Below are positions 1 to 9,533 of a stretch of DNA of 64,000 nt, piece by piece; position 1 is the first letter of the stretch, and each line of letters starts with the position of its first letter. The notes under the pieces were generated by a model. That model was given only the letters and a program-made list of their open reading frames with translations. It did not search any database and had not been told where the DNA came from. The position numbers were made by a program, and so were the translations under genes. Source of the stretch: a bacterium (GTDB lineage: Bacteria > SAR324 > NAC60-12); contig OZ242383.1 of NCBI GenBank assembly GCA_965209155.1, positions 2,016,001 to 2,080,000 on the forward strand, in the 5' to 3' direction.

Positions 1-87
1 AGCTGATGTCAGGTGAACAAGTATTGCAATAAAAACGCCTTTGCGCCTTTGCGCCTTCTTGAAGAAATGTCGCAAAATCGACTGAAA

Positions 88-130
88 TTTTTAAAAAAAG
101 TGTTGACATCTTCAATATTTTAACTAATAT
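88..130 (+). promoter_or_regulatory. sigma70-like promoter with A-tract
   Basis: TTGACA at 103-108 and TAATAT at 125-130 (16-nt spacer); the 21-mer at 88-108 is identical to 7931-7951. Confidence 0.6.
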
Positions 131-364
131 GTCCCAATTATGTCATCGTGGATAGAAAGTGGTAACGGGGACATCATGTCACTTTCCTTTTCAAAAAAGG
201 AATGCTCTTGATTACTCCGATTGGCAACTTTCATCATGGCAGGCGATAGGATTGATGTCAAAAAAAACTTGATATCCACGGGAGATGTATTTAATCTGAA
301 GAAAAATCGGTGGTCGATTTGTATAATCGGCTAATGGAGAGTTCATTAAAATCAAAGGAGAGAT

Positions 365-2134
365 ATGAAAAGCAGAAATTTTCATTACCGTAGTGTTTTG
401 TTTGCCGTATCGGCGACTTTTGTGCTAAGTGGTTGCCATACGCTTCAGGAACGAGCTACGGAATACGAGAATCGAATCAACAGCAAAGTCGCTGAAATCG
501 AGCGTCAAATCGCGGAACGGGCTGATTTAGTCGACAGCCGTTACGAGGACCGCGTCGCGCATGTCGACAGCCGTTTCACGGAACGAGCCGCTCAAGTCGA
601 CAGTCGTTTCGGGGACCGCGCCTCACAAGTCGATGGCCGTCTTGATCAAGTGGACAGTCGTTTCGCCGACCGTGCCTCACAAGTCGACAGCCGATTTGCT
701 CAAGTCGATAGCCGTTATGAGGAACGAGCGGCTCGAGTCGATAGCCGCTATGAGGACCGGTCCACCCAGGTCGACGGCCGTCTTGCGGGATTGGACAATC
801 GTATCACGGAGCGAGCCTCTGAAGTCGATAGCCGTCTTGCGGGAATCGATAGCCGCTACGCCGACCGTGCCGCTCAGGTCGACGACCGTCTTGGGGGAAT
901 CGATAGCCGCTACGCCGACCGTGCCTCTGAAGTCGACGGCCGTCTTGCGGGAATCGATAGCCGTTACAACGACCGTGCCGCTCAAGTCGATAGCCGCTAT
1001 GAGGAAAGAGTGGCTATGGTCGATGAAAGATACGGGGAACGAATGGCTATGGTCGACAACAAGCTCGACCAGATGGACAGCCGCCATGCAGACCGGGTTG
1101 CTCACGTCGACAGCCGTCATGAAGACCGGGTTGCCCATGTCGACAGCCGCTATGAAGACCGGGTTGCCCACGTCGACAGCCGCTATGAAGACCGGGTTGC
1201 CCACGTCGACAGCCGCTATGAAGACCGGGTTAACCATGTCGACATCCGCTTCGCGGAACGAGTTGATTTCGTCGACAAACGCTTCGAGGACCGGGCCGCT
1301 CAAGTCGATGAGCGCTTCGAACAACGAGCCGCTCACGTGGATGACCGTTACGGACAACGAGTTGCTTTTGTCGACATGCAAATCGAGGATCGAGCCGTTA
1401 AAGTCGAGCGGGATATCAAGAACCAACTTTGCAAAGTCGATCTCATGATTGAAATGTATGATGTAGACAATCAATCATTTATTGGTGAAATTGAAGCTAT
1501 TCTGGACACGCAAGCAGAAATGAAAGACGGATTCCTCACATTTTCCATAGTGAAGAGCTGGTCGGAATTCGAGGAACAGATGATTCCACAGAGAATCAGG
1601 GAAATAGCCAATGATTTCAACTTGAGCGTTGCCTGGAACGAAGACGATTCACCTTCACTATGCTCCATCAACAGTGACGGAACCTTCACCTATGTCTCTC
1701 TTACGGCTTCAGTGGTGGGTACCGAGACCTCCGAAGTGAACATTTTGCTTGAAGGAAAGGTTTTGGAAGGCTCCATGGTCTACCTCGGAATCGATGATAA
1801 TTTTCTACTTCCCCTGGTGGAAAGTAACGTCTTTTCCGTAGATGTAATGCAGGATGGAACCTGGACCGCGCGCATCCGGGGTGAGATCGACCCCAGTCAG
1901 GCGGAATTTCCTGCAAAAATCTATACAATGGTCACCCGGAACCGGGAAATCAAGGGACACGAATTCAAGGTGGTTCAATACAGTGAATTCGACATCAAGG
2001 GATTGTCGGGACAATATTATGATCAACTGATCAAATTGGAAGATTCGACGGCTCAACCGGCTTGTCCACCTTCAGCGATACCTGCTGGTTTGATAGATTC
2101 TTTCAAGGGCGAACTGGGCGATTGTAAGATGTAG
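365..2134 (+). CDS. Predicted lipoprotein with long 11/18-residue helical repeat region and an unknown C-terminal domain
   Basis: AAGGAG RBS; signal peptide with lipobox LSGC; repeats DSRYEDRVAHV and DSRYADRAAQVDGRLAGI. Confidence 0.8.
   Translation: MKSRNFHYRSVLFAVSATFVLSGCHTLQERATEYENRINSKVAEIERQIAERADLVDSRYEDRVAHVDSRFTERAAQVDSRFGDRASQVDGRLDQVDSRFADRASQVDSRFAQVDSRYEERAARVDSRYEDRSTQVDGRLAGLDNRITERASEVDSRLAGIDSRYADRAAQVDDRLGGIDSRYADRASEVDGRLAGIDSRYNDRAAQVDSRYEERVAMVDERYGERMAMVDNKLDQMDSRHADRVAHVDSRHEDRVAHVDSRYEDRVAHVDSRYEDRVAHVDSRYEDRVNHVDIRFAERVDFVDKRFEDRAAQVDERFEQRAAHVDDRYGQRVAFVDMQIEDRAVKVERDIKNQLCKVDLMIEMYDVDNQSFIGEIEAILDTQAEMKDGFLTFSIVKSWSEFEEQMIPQRIREIANDFNLSVAWNEDDSPSLCSINSDGTFTYVSLTASVVGTETSEVNILLEGKVLEGSMVYLGIDDNFLLPLVESNVFSVDVMQDGTWTARIRGEIDPSQAEFPAKIYTMVTRNREIKGHEFKVVQYSEFDIKGLSGQYYDQLIKLEDSTAQPACPPSAIPAGLIDSFKGELGDCKM
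1106..1237 (+). repeat. Four tandem 33-bp coding repeats
   Basis: gtcgacagccgctatgaagaccgggttgcccac exact at 1139-1171 and 1172-1204; variants at 1106 and 1205. Confidence 0.95.
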
Positions 2135-2336
2135 CCGACAGAATTCAAGTTGGCCGATTTTTCGAATCAGGTCGGTCCGGTTCTATCATTTCACGGGCTG
2201 AATGCGGCGATGGAGTGAGATTAATTCTTGCACCATCGCCTTCCCGGTCAGGGCGCTTCGCCCTGAGATTGATCTTTTACCCCAATGCTCCTCTCTAGTG
2301 AGGCAGTTAACCCTATTATAGAGATAAAAAAACGTC

Positions 2337-3305
2337 ATGACGAAACGAGTGATGGTCCAGACGGGTGTGCGAAAAGGTATACGGGAAGTTTTCGACCCTC
2401 GCCCCGATATCGAGTATGAGCTTTTTACCGAAACGTCGGAAGCAAACCTCCTGAAACGCATTGTGGATTACGATGCGGTGATACTCGGCCTCGCTCCCTT
2501 GACAGCCCCTATGGTGGAGAGGGCCACGCGTCTGAAAGTCGCCGCTCGTTTGGGAGTCGGTTTCGACTCCGTTGACGTTTCCGCCTTGACTCGAGCCAGG
2601 ATTCCACTGGCGGTTGTGGGCACTGCGAACTCCGTCTCGGTGGCGGAGCATACGCTTCATATGATGCTGGCACTGGCCAAATGCAGTCGCATTCATGATC
2701 GCGAGATAAGAAAGGGGAACTGGAGTATACGTAGAACGGTACCCTGTTTCGACCTCGCCGGTCGCAAGGTTCTCATGCTCGGTTTCGGCCGTATCGGAGG
2801 TTACCTGGCAAAGCGACTGGTTGCCATGGAGATGGAAATCTTCATTTATGATCCTTATATAGACCCCCAGGTCATTACAAGCGCTGGTGCCACACCTGTC
2901 ACCAATTGGCGCGCTTTACTTCCGCAAATCGATTTTCTCTCGGTAAATTGCCCCAAAACCAGGGAAACGGCAGGCATGGTCGGTACTGCGGAACTCGGAT
3001 CGATGAAATCCACCTCTTATGTCGTCAACACGGCTCGTGGTGGCATTGTCGAGGAAAATGCCCTTTACCAGGCGTTGAAGGAAAATACCATTGCAGGCGC
3101 AGGTCTCGATGCATTTGACGTCGAACCACCCCCTGCCGATTGTCCTTTTTACGAATTGGACAACGTTCTTCTTTCACCCCATATTGCCGGTACGACCGAA
3201 GAAGCCTTATATCGTATGGACTATCGTTCGGCTCAAAACATTGTCGATGCTTTCGACGGAAAGCTCGACCCGGATTATGTCGTCAACAAAGAGGTGCTCA
3301 ATTGA
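2337..3305 (+). CDS. D-isomer-specific 2-hydroxyacid dehydrogenase (SerA-like family)
   Basis: GVGFDSVD, GFGRIG NAD-binding motif, VNTARGGIV, SPHIAG. Confidence 0.92.
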   Translation: MTKRVMVQTGVRKGIREVFDPRPDIEYELFTETSEANLLKRIVDYDAVILGLAPLTAPMVERATRLKVAARLGVGFDSVDVSALTRARIPLAVVGTANSVSVAEHTLHMMLALAKCSRIHDREIRKGNWSIRRTVPCFDLAGRKVLMLGFGRIGGYLAKRLVAMEMEIFIYDPYIDPQVITSAGATPVTNWRALLPQIDFLSVNCPKTRETAGMVGTAELGSMKSTSYVVNTARGGIVEENALYQALKENTIAGAGLDAFDVEPPPADCPFYELDNVLLSPHIAGTTEEALYRMDYRSAQNIVDAFDGKLDPDYVVNKEVLN

Positions 3306-3475
3306 GGAGTTTTCCTTTTTCAGAGCAGGATCGGGAAGCGTGAAATAAAATCTTGCGTGAAAAAATTTGAATCAATGAATTTTTTGCTTGACAGTGGCAC
3401 TCGAAACAGTGTAGCACTAGCACGCTGAACAATTGTATATGTATAAAAACAATAAATGTTAAATTGATTGAACGT

Positions 3476-3580
3476 GAATCAGGAGTTAAAAAAAGTGTCA
3501 TTCCTGGCTTGAGCAGGAATCCAGGGGAAGCGGTCGAAATTCTGGATTCCGTATCAAGTCCGGCATGACACATCATAATA
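3476..3580. repeat. REP/MITE-like palindromic element (partial copy)
   Basis: gaatcaggagttaaaaaa..gtgtcattcctggcttgagcaggaatcca..catgacacatcata, matching 23143-23285. Confidence 0.8.
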
Positions 3581-3613
3581 TTGATTGAATTCAAACCAAA
3601 TAGTAGTGGTACC

Positions 3614-4624
3614 ATGGAAGCGATAAACGAAGTTAACGGAAAGGAAGTGATCCTGGACGTCAAGGGGTTGAGAACCCACTTCTATACGAATGAAGGAGTG
3701 GTCAAAGCTGTCGATGGACTCTCGTACCATGTGCATAAGGGAGAGTGCGTGGGCTTGGTGGGAGAAAGTGGCTGTGGTAAAAGCGTCAGCGCCATGTCGG
3801 TCCTGCGTCTCATTCCCTATCCCCCGGGTATTATCGAAGGCGGTGAGATTGTATTCAAGGGCGAAGACCTCTTGCAGGTCACGGAAGATCGGATCCGGGA
3901 TATCCGGGGTGACCGCATCGCGATGGTGTTTCAAGAACCCTCGACGTCTTTGAATCCGGTTTTGACGGTACGGCGTCAACTGTCCGAAGCATTGGAGTTG
4001 CACCGTGGGATGAATAAACGAGAGGCGCTTGAAGAAAGTATCAAATTGTTGGACCTGGTGGGTATTCCGGATGCGAGGCAACGAGTGATGGACTATCCTC
4101 ACCAGTTCAGTGGGGGCATGCAACAGCGCATCATGATCGCCATGGCGCTCAGTTGCAGTCCTGAACTGATCATTGCCGACGAACCGACAACCGCCCTGGA
4201 CGTTACGGTGCAGGCCCAGATTCTGGAGCTCATCGCCGGACTGCGAGAAGAGTTGGGCACGGCCGTCTTGATCATTACCCACAACCTGGGAGTGGTTGCC
4301 CGTTACGTGGACCGCGTCAACGTCATGTACGCGGGTTCACTGGTGGAAACCGGTCCCACCGAGGTCATCTATTCCGATCCCAAACATCCATATACTATTG
4401 GATTGCTGGCTTCAGTGCCCAGGTTGGATGAGCCCAAAGCCGAAGAGCTCGCGGTCATTGACGGGATGCCGCCAAACCTGGCAAACCTGCCAGTAGGCTG
4501 TCCCTTTGCGGAACGTTGCAGTTATGTCATGGATCGATGCCTCGAAGAAAATCCGCAGTTGGAACAAGTGGGCAAAGACCACTACCGCGCCTGCTTCTAT
4601 GAAGCGGCCCTATTGAGTCGATAG
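3614..4624 (+). CDS. oppD: Oligo/dipeptide ABC transporter ATP-binding subunit (OppD/DppD type)
   Basis: GESGCGKS Walker A, YPHQFSGGMQQR signature, C-terminal HPY and Cys cluster; ATG at 3614 preferred. Confidence 0.9.
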   Translation: MEAINEVNGKEVILDVKGLRTHFYTNEGVVKAVDGLSYHVHKGECVGLVGESGCGKSVSAMSVLRLIPYPPGIIEGGEIVFKGEDLLQVTEDRIRDIRGDRIAMVFQEPSTSLNPVLTVRRQLSEALELHRGMNKREALEESIKLLDLVGIPDARQRVMDYPHQFSGGMQQRIMIAMALSCSPELIIADEPTTALDVTVQAQILELIAGLREELGTAVLIITHNLGVVARYVDRVNVMYAGSLVETGPTEVIYSDPKHPYTIGLLASVPRLDEPKAEELAVIDGMPPNLANLPVGCPFAERCSYVMDRCLEENPQLEQVGKDHYRACFYEAALLSR

Positions 4625-4640
4625 AAGAAAGGAGGTCGAA

Positions 4641-5621
4641 TTGGCAGTACAAGAGGAAAAATTAGTCGATGTGGAAAATCTGGTGACGTATTTCCCGATT
4701 TTCAGCGGTGTTTTCCAACGCAAGACTGGAGAAGTGAAAGCCGTGGACGATATCAGTTTTTTTATCCGCCGGGGAGAAACCTTGGGATTGGTGGGTGAGA
4801 GCGGCTGTGGTAAGACCACCACCGGACGTTCCATTTTGCAACTTCAGGACGTGACGGGTGGAAAAGTATTGTTCGATGGCAAGAACCTGGTCGAGATGAA
4901 GGGAGAAGAATTGAGGAGGATGCGGGTCAACATGCAACCCATCTTCCAGGATCCCTTCGCCTCTCTCAATCCACGCATGACCGTGGGCGATATCATTGGT
5001 GAACCCCTGGTGGTTCACAAGCTGGCGAAAGGCGCCAAATACCGCGAGGAAGTCAGCAATTTACTGAGCATGGTCGGTCTGGAACCCCGTATGGCGGATC
5101 GTTACCCCCACGAGTTCAGCGGTGGCCAGAGACAACGAATTGGCATTGCGCGCGCCCTGGCGGCTCGACCTTCCTTCATCGTCTGTGATGAGGCCGTCTC
5201 CGCATTGGACGTTTCCATCCAGGCTCAGATCATCAAGCTGTTGATGACATTACGCGAGGAATTGCACCTGACTTACCTGTTTATCTCGCACGATTTGTCG
5301 GTGGTGCGCCATATCAGCGACCGGGTGGCGGTCATGTACCTGGGTAAGATCGTCGAGATCACGTCCAGCGAACAGCTCTACAGTGACCCCCAACATCCCT
5401 ACACGATCTCTTTGCTCTCGGCGGTTCCCATCCCCGACCCTGAAGTGGATCGTACCCGGGAGCGAATCGTGCTGACGGGTGACGTTCCCAGTCCGATCAA
5501 CCCGCCCAGCGGTTGTCCTTTTCACACCAGATGTCATATCGCGGTGGAAGAATGCAAAACCATGAAGCAGGACTTGAGAATCGTCGGCAATGAACACTGG
5601 GTCGCCTGTCATCGCGTTTGA
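4641..5621 (+). CDS. oppF: Oligo/dipeptide ABC transporter ATP-binding subunit (OppF/DppF type)
   Basis: AAGGAGG RBS with TTG start; GESGCGKT; YPHEFSGGQRQR; ends VACHRV. Confidence 0.9.
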   Translation: MAVQEEKLVDVENLVTYFPIFSGVFQRKTGEVKAVDDISFFIRRGETLGLVGESGCGKTTTGRSILQLQDVTGGKVLFDGKNLVEMKGEELRRMRVNMQPIFQDPFASLNPRMTVGDIIGEPLVVHKLAKGAKYREEVSNLLSMVGLEPRMADRYPHEFSGGQRQRIGIARALAARPSFIVCDEAVSALDVSIQAQIIKLLMTLREELHLTYLFISHDLSVVRHISDRVAVMYLGKIVEITSSEQLYSDPQHPYTISLLSAVPIPDPEVDRTRERIVLTGDVPSPINPPSGCPFHTRCHIAVEECKTMKQDLRIVGNEHWVACHRV

Positions 5622-5656
5622 TCGCATTGGATGTAATAAATGAGCAGAAAAAAACA

Positions 5657-5745
5657 TGTCATTCCTGGCTTGACCAGGAATCCAGAGGTATGAAACGCTA
5701 AGAGGATTGAAGTAATGGATTCCGGCTCGGGGGCCGGAATGACAC
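5657..5745. repeat. REP-like palindrome pair
   Basis: tgtcattcctggcttgaccaggaatcca ... tggattccggctcgggggccggaatgaca. Confidence 0.8.
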
Positions 5746-5832
5746 ATGAGAAAAACGCTACTTCCCCTCATGTAATAAATAGTGTAGTTAAGATGACTTT
5801 CCTGGAAGGGGGTTTCAATTTCGTAGATATAT

Positions 5833-6816
5833 ATGGCTAAGAAAAAAAAGGAGGAGCAATCGGGTCAGAGCATGGTGAAAACCCTGGTTGCGGCGGTTAT
5901 CGTGGTTATCGTCATCGGGGCCATTGCCGGATATGCCATCTACCGGCAACAGATCGAACCCTTCGAGACGGTTGTTTTGAGGATCAACGATGCGAGCGTG
6001 AACATGCGTTACTTCCTCAAACGTTTGAAATTGGAGGAAGGAAATCTTTCTTTCGGTGGGGCCACTACCGTACTCAATCGACTGGCCATCGAGGAGGTCA
6101 TCCGTCAAAGCGCTCCCAAGGCGCCTTACAATCTCAAAGTCACGGATGAGCAAATCGACCAGTATTTAAGAAAAGTGGCCAGACGTGGAGCGGAATCCAT
6201 CAGTGAAAACGAATATGAAGAATGGTACCGTCAACAACTCAACCAGTCTCAACTGAATGATGAAGAGTTCCGGGAGATTGGGCGCATTGGCGTTTATCGA
6301 CAGGGTTTGACGGAATTTTTAGCGCAACGCGCGCCGACGGTGGCGGAACAGGTTCACCTTCACATGATTGCCCAACAGACCATGGAGCAGCTCATCGAGG
6401 TCAAGGAACGACTGGATGACGGAGAGGATTTTTTCGAATTGGCAGGGGAAGTCAATCTCTCCGTGGATGCGAGGGAGAATCGAGGCGACATCGGTTGGCA
6501 TCCAAAAAATTCGCTCAACCCGATGCTCGCGCACAGGGCATTCACGATCGAAGTCGGGGAGCCCAGTGAACCGATTCGACTATCAGATCAGCTTTTTGCC
6601 ATCATCCTGGTCAGTGAAAAGGCCGCAGCCCGGGAATTGAGTGAAGAGGCGCTTCAAATTCAAAGGGCGCGACTCGTTGATGATTGGGCAGCCAAGGAAT
6701 TTCAGTTCTATAAAATTACCTACCATGGCTTCAACAACGGTTGGGATTCAGAAACGGACGCATGGGCGCGCTGGCAGTTGATGAGAATGAAACCCGAGGA
6801 TGAAAAAGAGCAATGA
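5833..6816 (+). CDS. Membrane-anchored SurA/PpiC (parvulin)-type chaperone/isomerase
   Basis: N-terminal TM helix; GEDFFELAGE and NRGDIGW rotamase-like segment. Confidence 0.8.
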   Translation: MAKKKKEEQSGQSMVKTLVAAVIVVIVIGAIAGYAIYRQQIEPFETVVLRINDASVNMRYFLKRLKLEEGNLSFGGATTVLNRLAIEEVIRQSAPKAPYNLKVTDEQIDQYLRKVARRGAESISENEYEEWYRQQLNQSQLNDEEFREIGRIGVYRQGLTEFLAQRAPTVAEQVHLHMIAQQTMEQLIEVKERLDDGEDFFELAGEVNLSVDARENRGDIGWHPKNSLNPMLAHRAFTIEVGEPSEPIRLSDQLFAIILVSEKAAARELSEEALQIQRARLVDDWAAKEFQFYKITYHGFNNGWDSETDAWARWQLMRMKPEDEKEQ

Positions 6817-7748
6817 TCCGCATTGAAAATCTGACCAAATACTATGGAGAGCGCCTGGCGGTCGACGACGTCAATTTCAACGTCGCCAAAGGGGAAGTCG
6901 TCGGCTTCCTCGGTCCCAACGGGGCCGGCAAGACCACCACCATGCGAGCCATAACGGGCTATATCATGCCCAGCGAAGGCGAGGTCTGGGTCGGAGAACA
7001 CAACATGCGCCAAAATCCCTTGAAAGGACGCCAGCATATCGGCTATCTTCCGGAGACCATTCCCCTCTACACCGATATGACCACGCGAGCCTATCTCGCT
7101 TTCGCAGCCAGGTTGAGGGGGTTGGACCGGCAGACGACGAAGCGTCGTATCGACGAAGTCGTTGAAATCTGCCACCTGGAAGAGTATATTGACGTCGTCA
7201 CCGGTAAATTATCCAAGGGCTTTCGCCAGAGAGTTGGATTGGCCCAGGCGATCATTCATGATCCGGAGGTTTTGATTCTCGATGAACCGACGGTGGGCAT
7301 CGACCCGCTCCAGGTCGTACAGACCAAGGAGCTCATCAAATCGCTCGGTCAGCAGCGCACTATTTTACTTTCGACTCATATTTTGCCCGAAGTAAGCTTG
7401 ATTTGTGAGCGGGTAATCATTATTCATGAAGGTAGAATCGTAGCCGAGGATAGCATCGAGAACCTTTCTTCGATCCTCAAAGGGGAACAACGCCTGCGTT
7501 TGAAGGTGCAAGGACCGGTGGACCAGGTAAGCGACCACTTATCACAGATTGATGCGGTGCTCGAGGTCAGTTACGAGGAACCCTATCACCTCGTCGGCTT
7601 TTCCATGGACCAGGAACCCCAAGCGGCGATCAGCGAAACTCTGGCTGGACAAGGTTGGACCTTGCTCGCCATGGAAACCATGGAGATGAGCCTCGAAGAA
7701 ATTTTCGTCAAACTCACCAGTCAAAAGGAAATGGAAGCGCAGGCATAG
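6813..7748 (+). CDS. ABC-2 type transporter ATP-binding protein (GldA-like)
   Basis: GPNGAGKTT, LSKGFRQR, LDEPT; ATGA overlap with the upstream gene. Confidence 0.9.
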   Translation: MIRIENLTKYYGERLAVDDVNFNVAKGEVVGFLGPNGAGKTTTMRAITGYIMPSEGEVWVGEHNMRQNPLKGRQHIGYLPETIPLYTDMTTRAYLAFAARLRGLDRQTTKRRIDEVVEICHLEEYIDVVTGKLSKGFRQRVGLAQAIIHDPEVLILDEPTVGIDPLQVVQTKELIKSLGQQRTILLSTHILPEVSLICERVIIIHEGRIVAEDSIENLSSILKGEQRLRLKVQGPVDQVSDHLSQIDAVLEVSYEEPYHLVGFSMDQEPQAAISETLAGQGWTLLAMETMEMSLEEIFVKLTSQKEMEAQA

Positions 7749-7930
7749 CGCACTGCTTCCCTCTTCATTGAACTGGAGCAAGTAGCCGTAGAATGGAATG
7801 AAAATTGAATGATGTTTATCGTGAGGAGTAAAATCAACGTTGCCTGTATGAATTTTGCGCAAAGCGGTTTTTCTTGCATAGAATCCGTGCAGGTGATATA
7901 AATCTGAAAAAAAATCAAAAAAAATTAATT

Positions 7931-7974
7931 TTTTTAAAAAAAGTGTTGACAACCTCGAAATTTCTTTATATAAC
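7931..7974 (+). promoter_or_regulatory. Near-consensus sigma70 promoter of the porin gene
   Basis: TTGACA (7946-7951), 17-nt spacer, TATAAC (7969-7974), AT-rich upstream tract. Confidence 0.75.
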
Positions 7975-8187
7975 CTTTGCAGACAGTCTCAAAATGTTTT
8001 CTCAGAGCTGCTCGACAGGAGGTTGTTTAAAGAAATGCGGTTTTGGAAAGAGGTGAGATGCTGATTGTCGGCCCGGTAGTTGTTTACCGGGTAGCTTAAA
8101 TCCCGGCGCGAGAAAATCTCGTGCCAAATATGCCACCCACGGTGGGTGGCGAGTTGTAAATTTGAATTCATTAAAGTAAGGAGTGAT

Positions 8188-9213
8188 ATGAAATCAATCA
8201 GACGATCATTTATGTATGTGTTCGCAACCATTTGTGGCCTCGCGTTGGGCAGTAACGCGCTTCTGGCAGCAGATGAGATGATGGCCAAAGGTATGGTCAA
8301 AGGAAATCTCGTTGTGAGCGGCGACGTCGAAGTCAATTTAAACACAGAAACCCGAAACATGAAATCTTCCAGTGGTATGAAATCCACCGCCAACTCCCAA
8401 GCCGGACGAGGTAAGCTCAAATTCGAAGCGAAAGCCGATATGGGCGACCTGTACGTCGGGGGAGAAGGCGCCATTGAAGCAAAGCAGGATGGCTCGGTCG
8501 GTGGTGGAGACTACTTCTTCAAAGTGGGCGGTCCCGCTTGGAATATCACCATGGGAAGAAAAGGTGGTGAAGGTCTCTACACGGCAGGCCAGGACATTGC
8601 TGTACCGAATGTTTCTTCTCACGACGACGAAGACCTAAAAAGTAAATATGGAGTCGGTAGGTACGCTGTTGATAAAGCCAGTCAAGCTGCCGTAGGTGGA
8701 GCCAACCTGACCTTTACCCCGAACGATTCCTTGAAAATGCAGATAAGGATTCAGAGTGGTACCGTAGATGGTAAAAATCAAGTGGGTTTCCGTCCCTGGG
8801 TCGAACTCAAATTTGGTGGCATCGGCATCACGGCCGCTTACGAAACGCTTAGCGCAACTGCGCAGAAATCGGGTGATCCCGCCGGTAAAAGCTTTTCGGG
8901 CTTCGGCCTCAAAATGACGGGAGACGTGGGCGCCGTTTCATTGGGACTGAACTACACTTCCGGTAAAGAGGAAGGGGCCGAAACGATGAATTCGGCAGGT
9001 GGCTACCTCAACATCACTATGTTTGCCGGCAAACTTGGAGTGGGGCACCACCAAAATACTCAAGCGAAAATGACGCAAACGGATTCCTTTATTTCCTACG
9101 TAATCGATCCGCTAGTAGTGGATGGCAGCAAGGTCAGCGTGGGTTATGGCGTCTCGAACGCTAAAAAGGATACGGCGGGTCTTTTCCGCATACGTTTCAA
9201 CTATGCATTCTAA
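8188..9213 (+). CDS. Outer-membrane beta-barrel protein (porin-like)
   Basis: AAGGAG RBS, signal peptide, Gly-rich amphipathic beta-strand pattern, terminal IRFNYAF aromatic signature. Confidence 0.8.
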   Translation: MKSIRRSFMYVFATICGLALGSNALLAADEMMAKGMVKGNLVVSGDVEVNLNTETRNMKSSSGMKSTANSQAGRGKLKFEAKADMGDLYVGGEGAIEAKQDGSVGGGDYFFKVGGPAWNITMGRKGGEGLYTAGQDIAVPNVSSHDDEDLKSKYGVGRYAVDKASQAAVGGANLTFTPNDSLKMQIRIQSGTVDGKNQVGFRPWVELKFGGIGITAAYETLSATAQKSGDPAGKSFSGFGLKMTGDVGAVSLGLNYTSGKEEGAETMNSAGGYLNITMFAGKLGVGHHQNTQAKMTQTDSFISYVIDPLVVDGSKVSVGYGVSNAKKDTAGLFRIRFNYAF

Positions 9214-9425
9214 GTCCGGCTGACCGGAATAGGGTGTTCGATTCCTTCAAGGGATTGGGAGAGGGTTCCCTGTCCCCTCATGATGAGTTGGACACTCCTT
9301 CGTAGGCAGTTCGGATGACGTTTTGCCACTTTTGCAGTGAAAATCGTCAATTGCCTGATTCGCTCCTTGCGGAGAATCACGGGACCTTTGCATGACCCCT
9401 CCATGCAGAGGACCCGTGAGGCAGT

Positions 9426-9495
9426 CCCAATTTTGTCTTTACACGCATATTTCCAAATGCTATCGTCTTGTGTAATTTTTAATTTTCCAACTATG
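9426..9495 (+). repeat. Copy 1 of a putative IS91/ISCR terminal (oriIS-like) sequence
   Basis: 64/70 identical to 11991-12060, which lies just downstream of the IS91-type transposase fragment. Confidence 0.7.
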
Positions 9496-9533
9496 ACCGC
9501 TCGTCTTGAGACGAGAAATTCGTTCAGCGCGAG

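Noticed and set aside
1106..1237. 33-bp repeats as a CRISPR array
   Set aside because: The units are contiguous with no spacers, are in frame within a CDS, and no cas genes are present.
561..1474. Long alternative-frame and antisense ORFs over the repeat region
   Set aside because: By-products of in-frame tandem repeats; only the 365-2134 frame has an RBS and a signal peptide.
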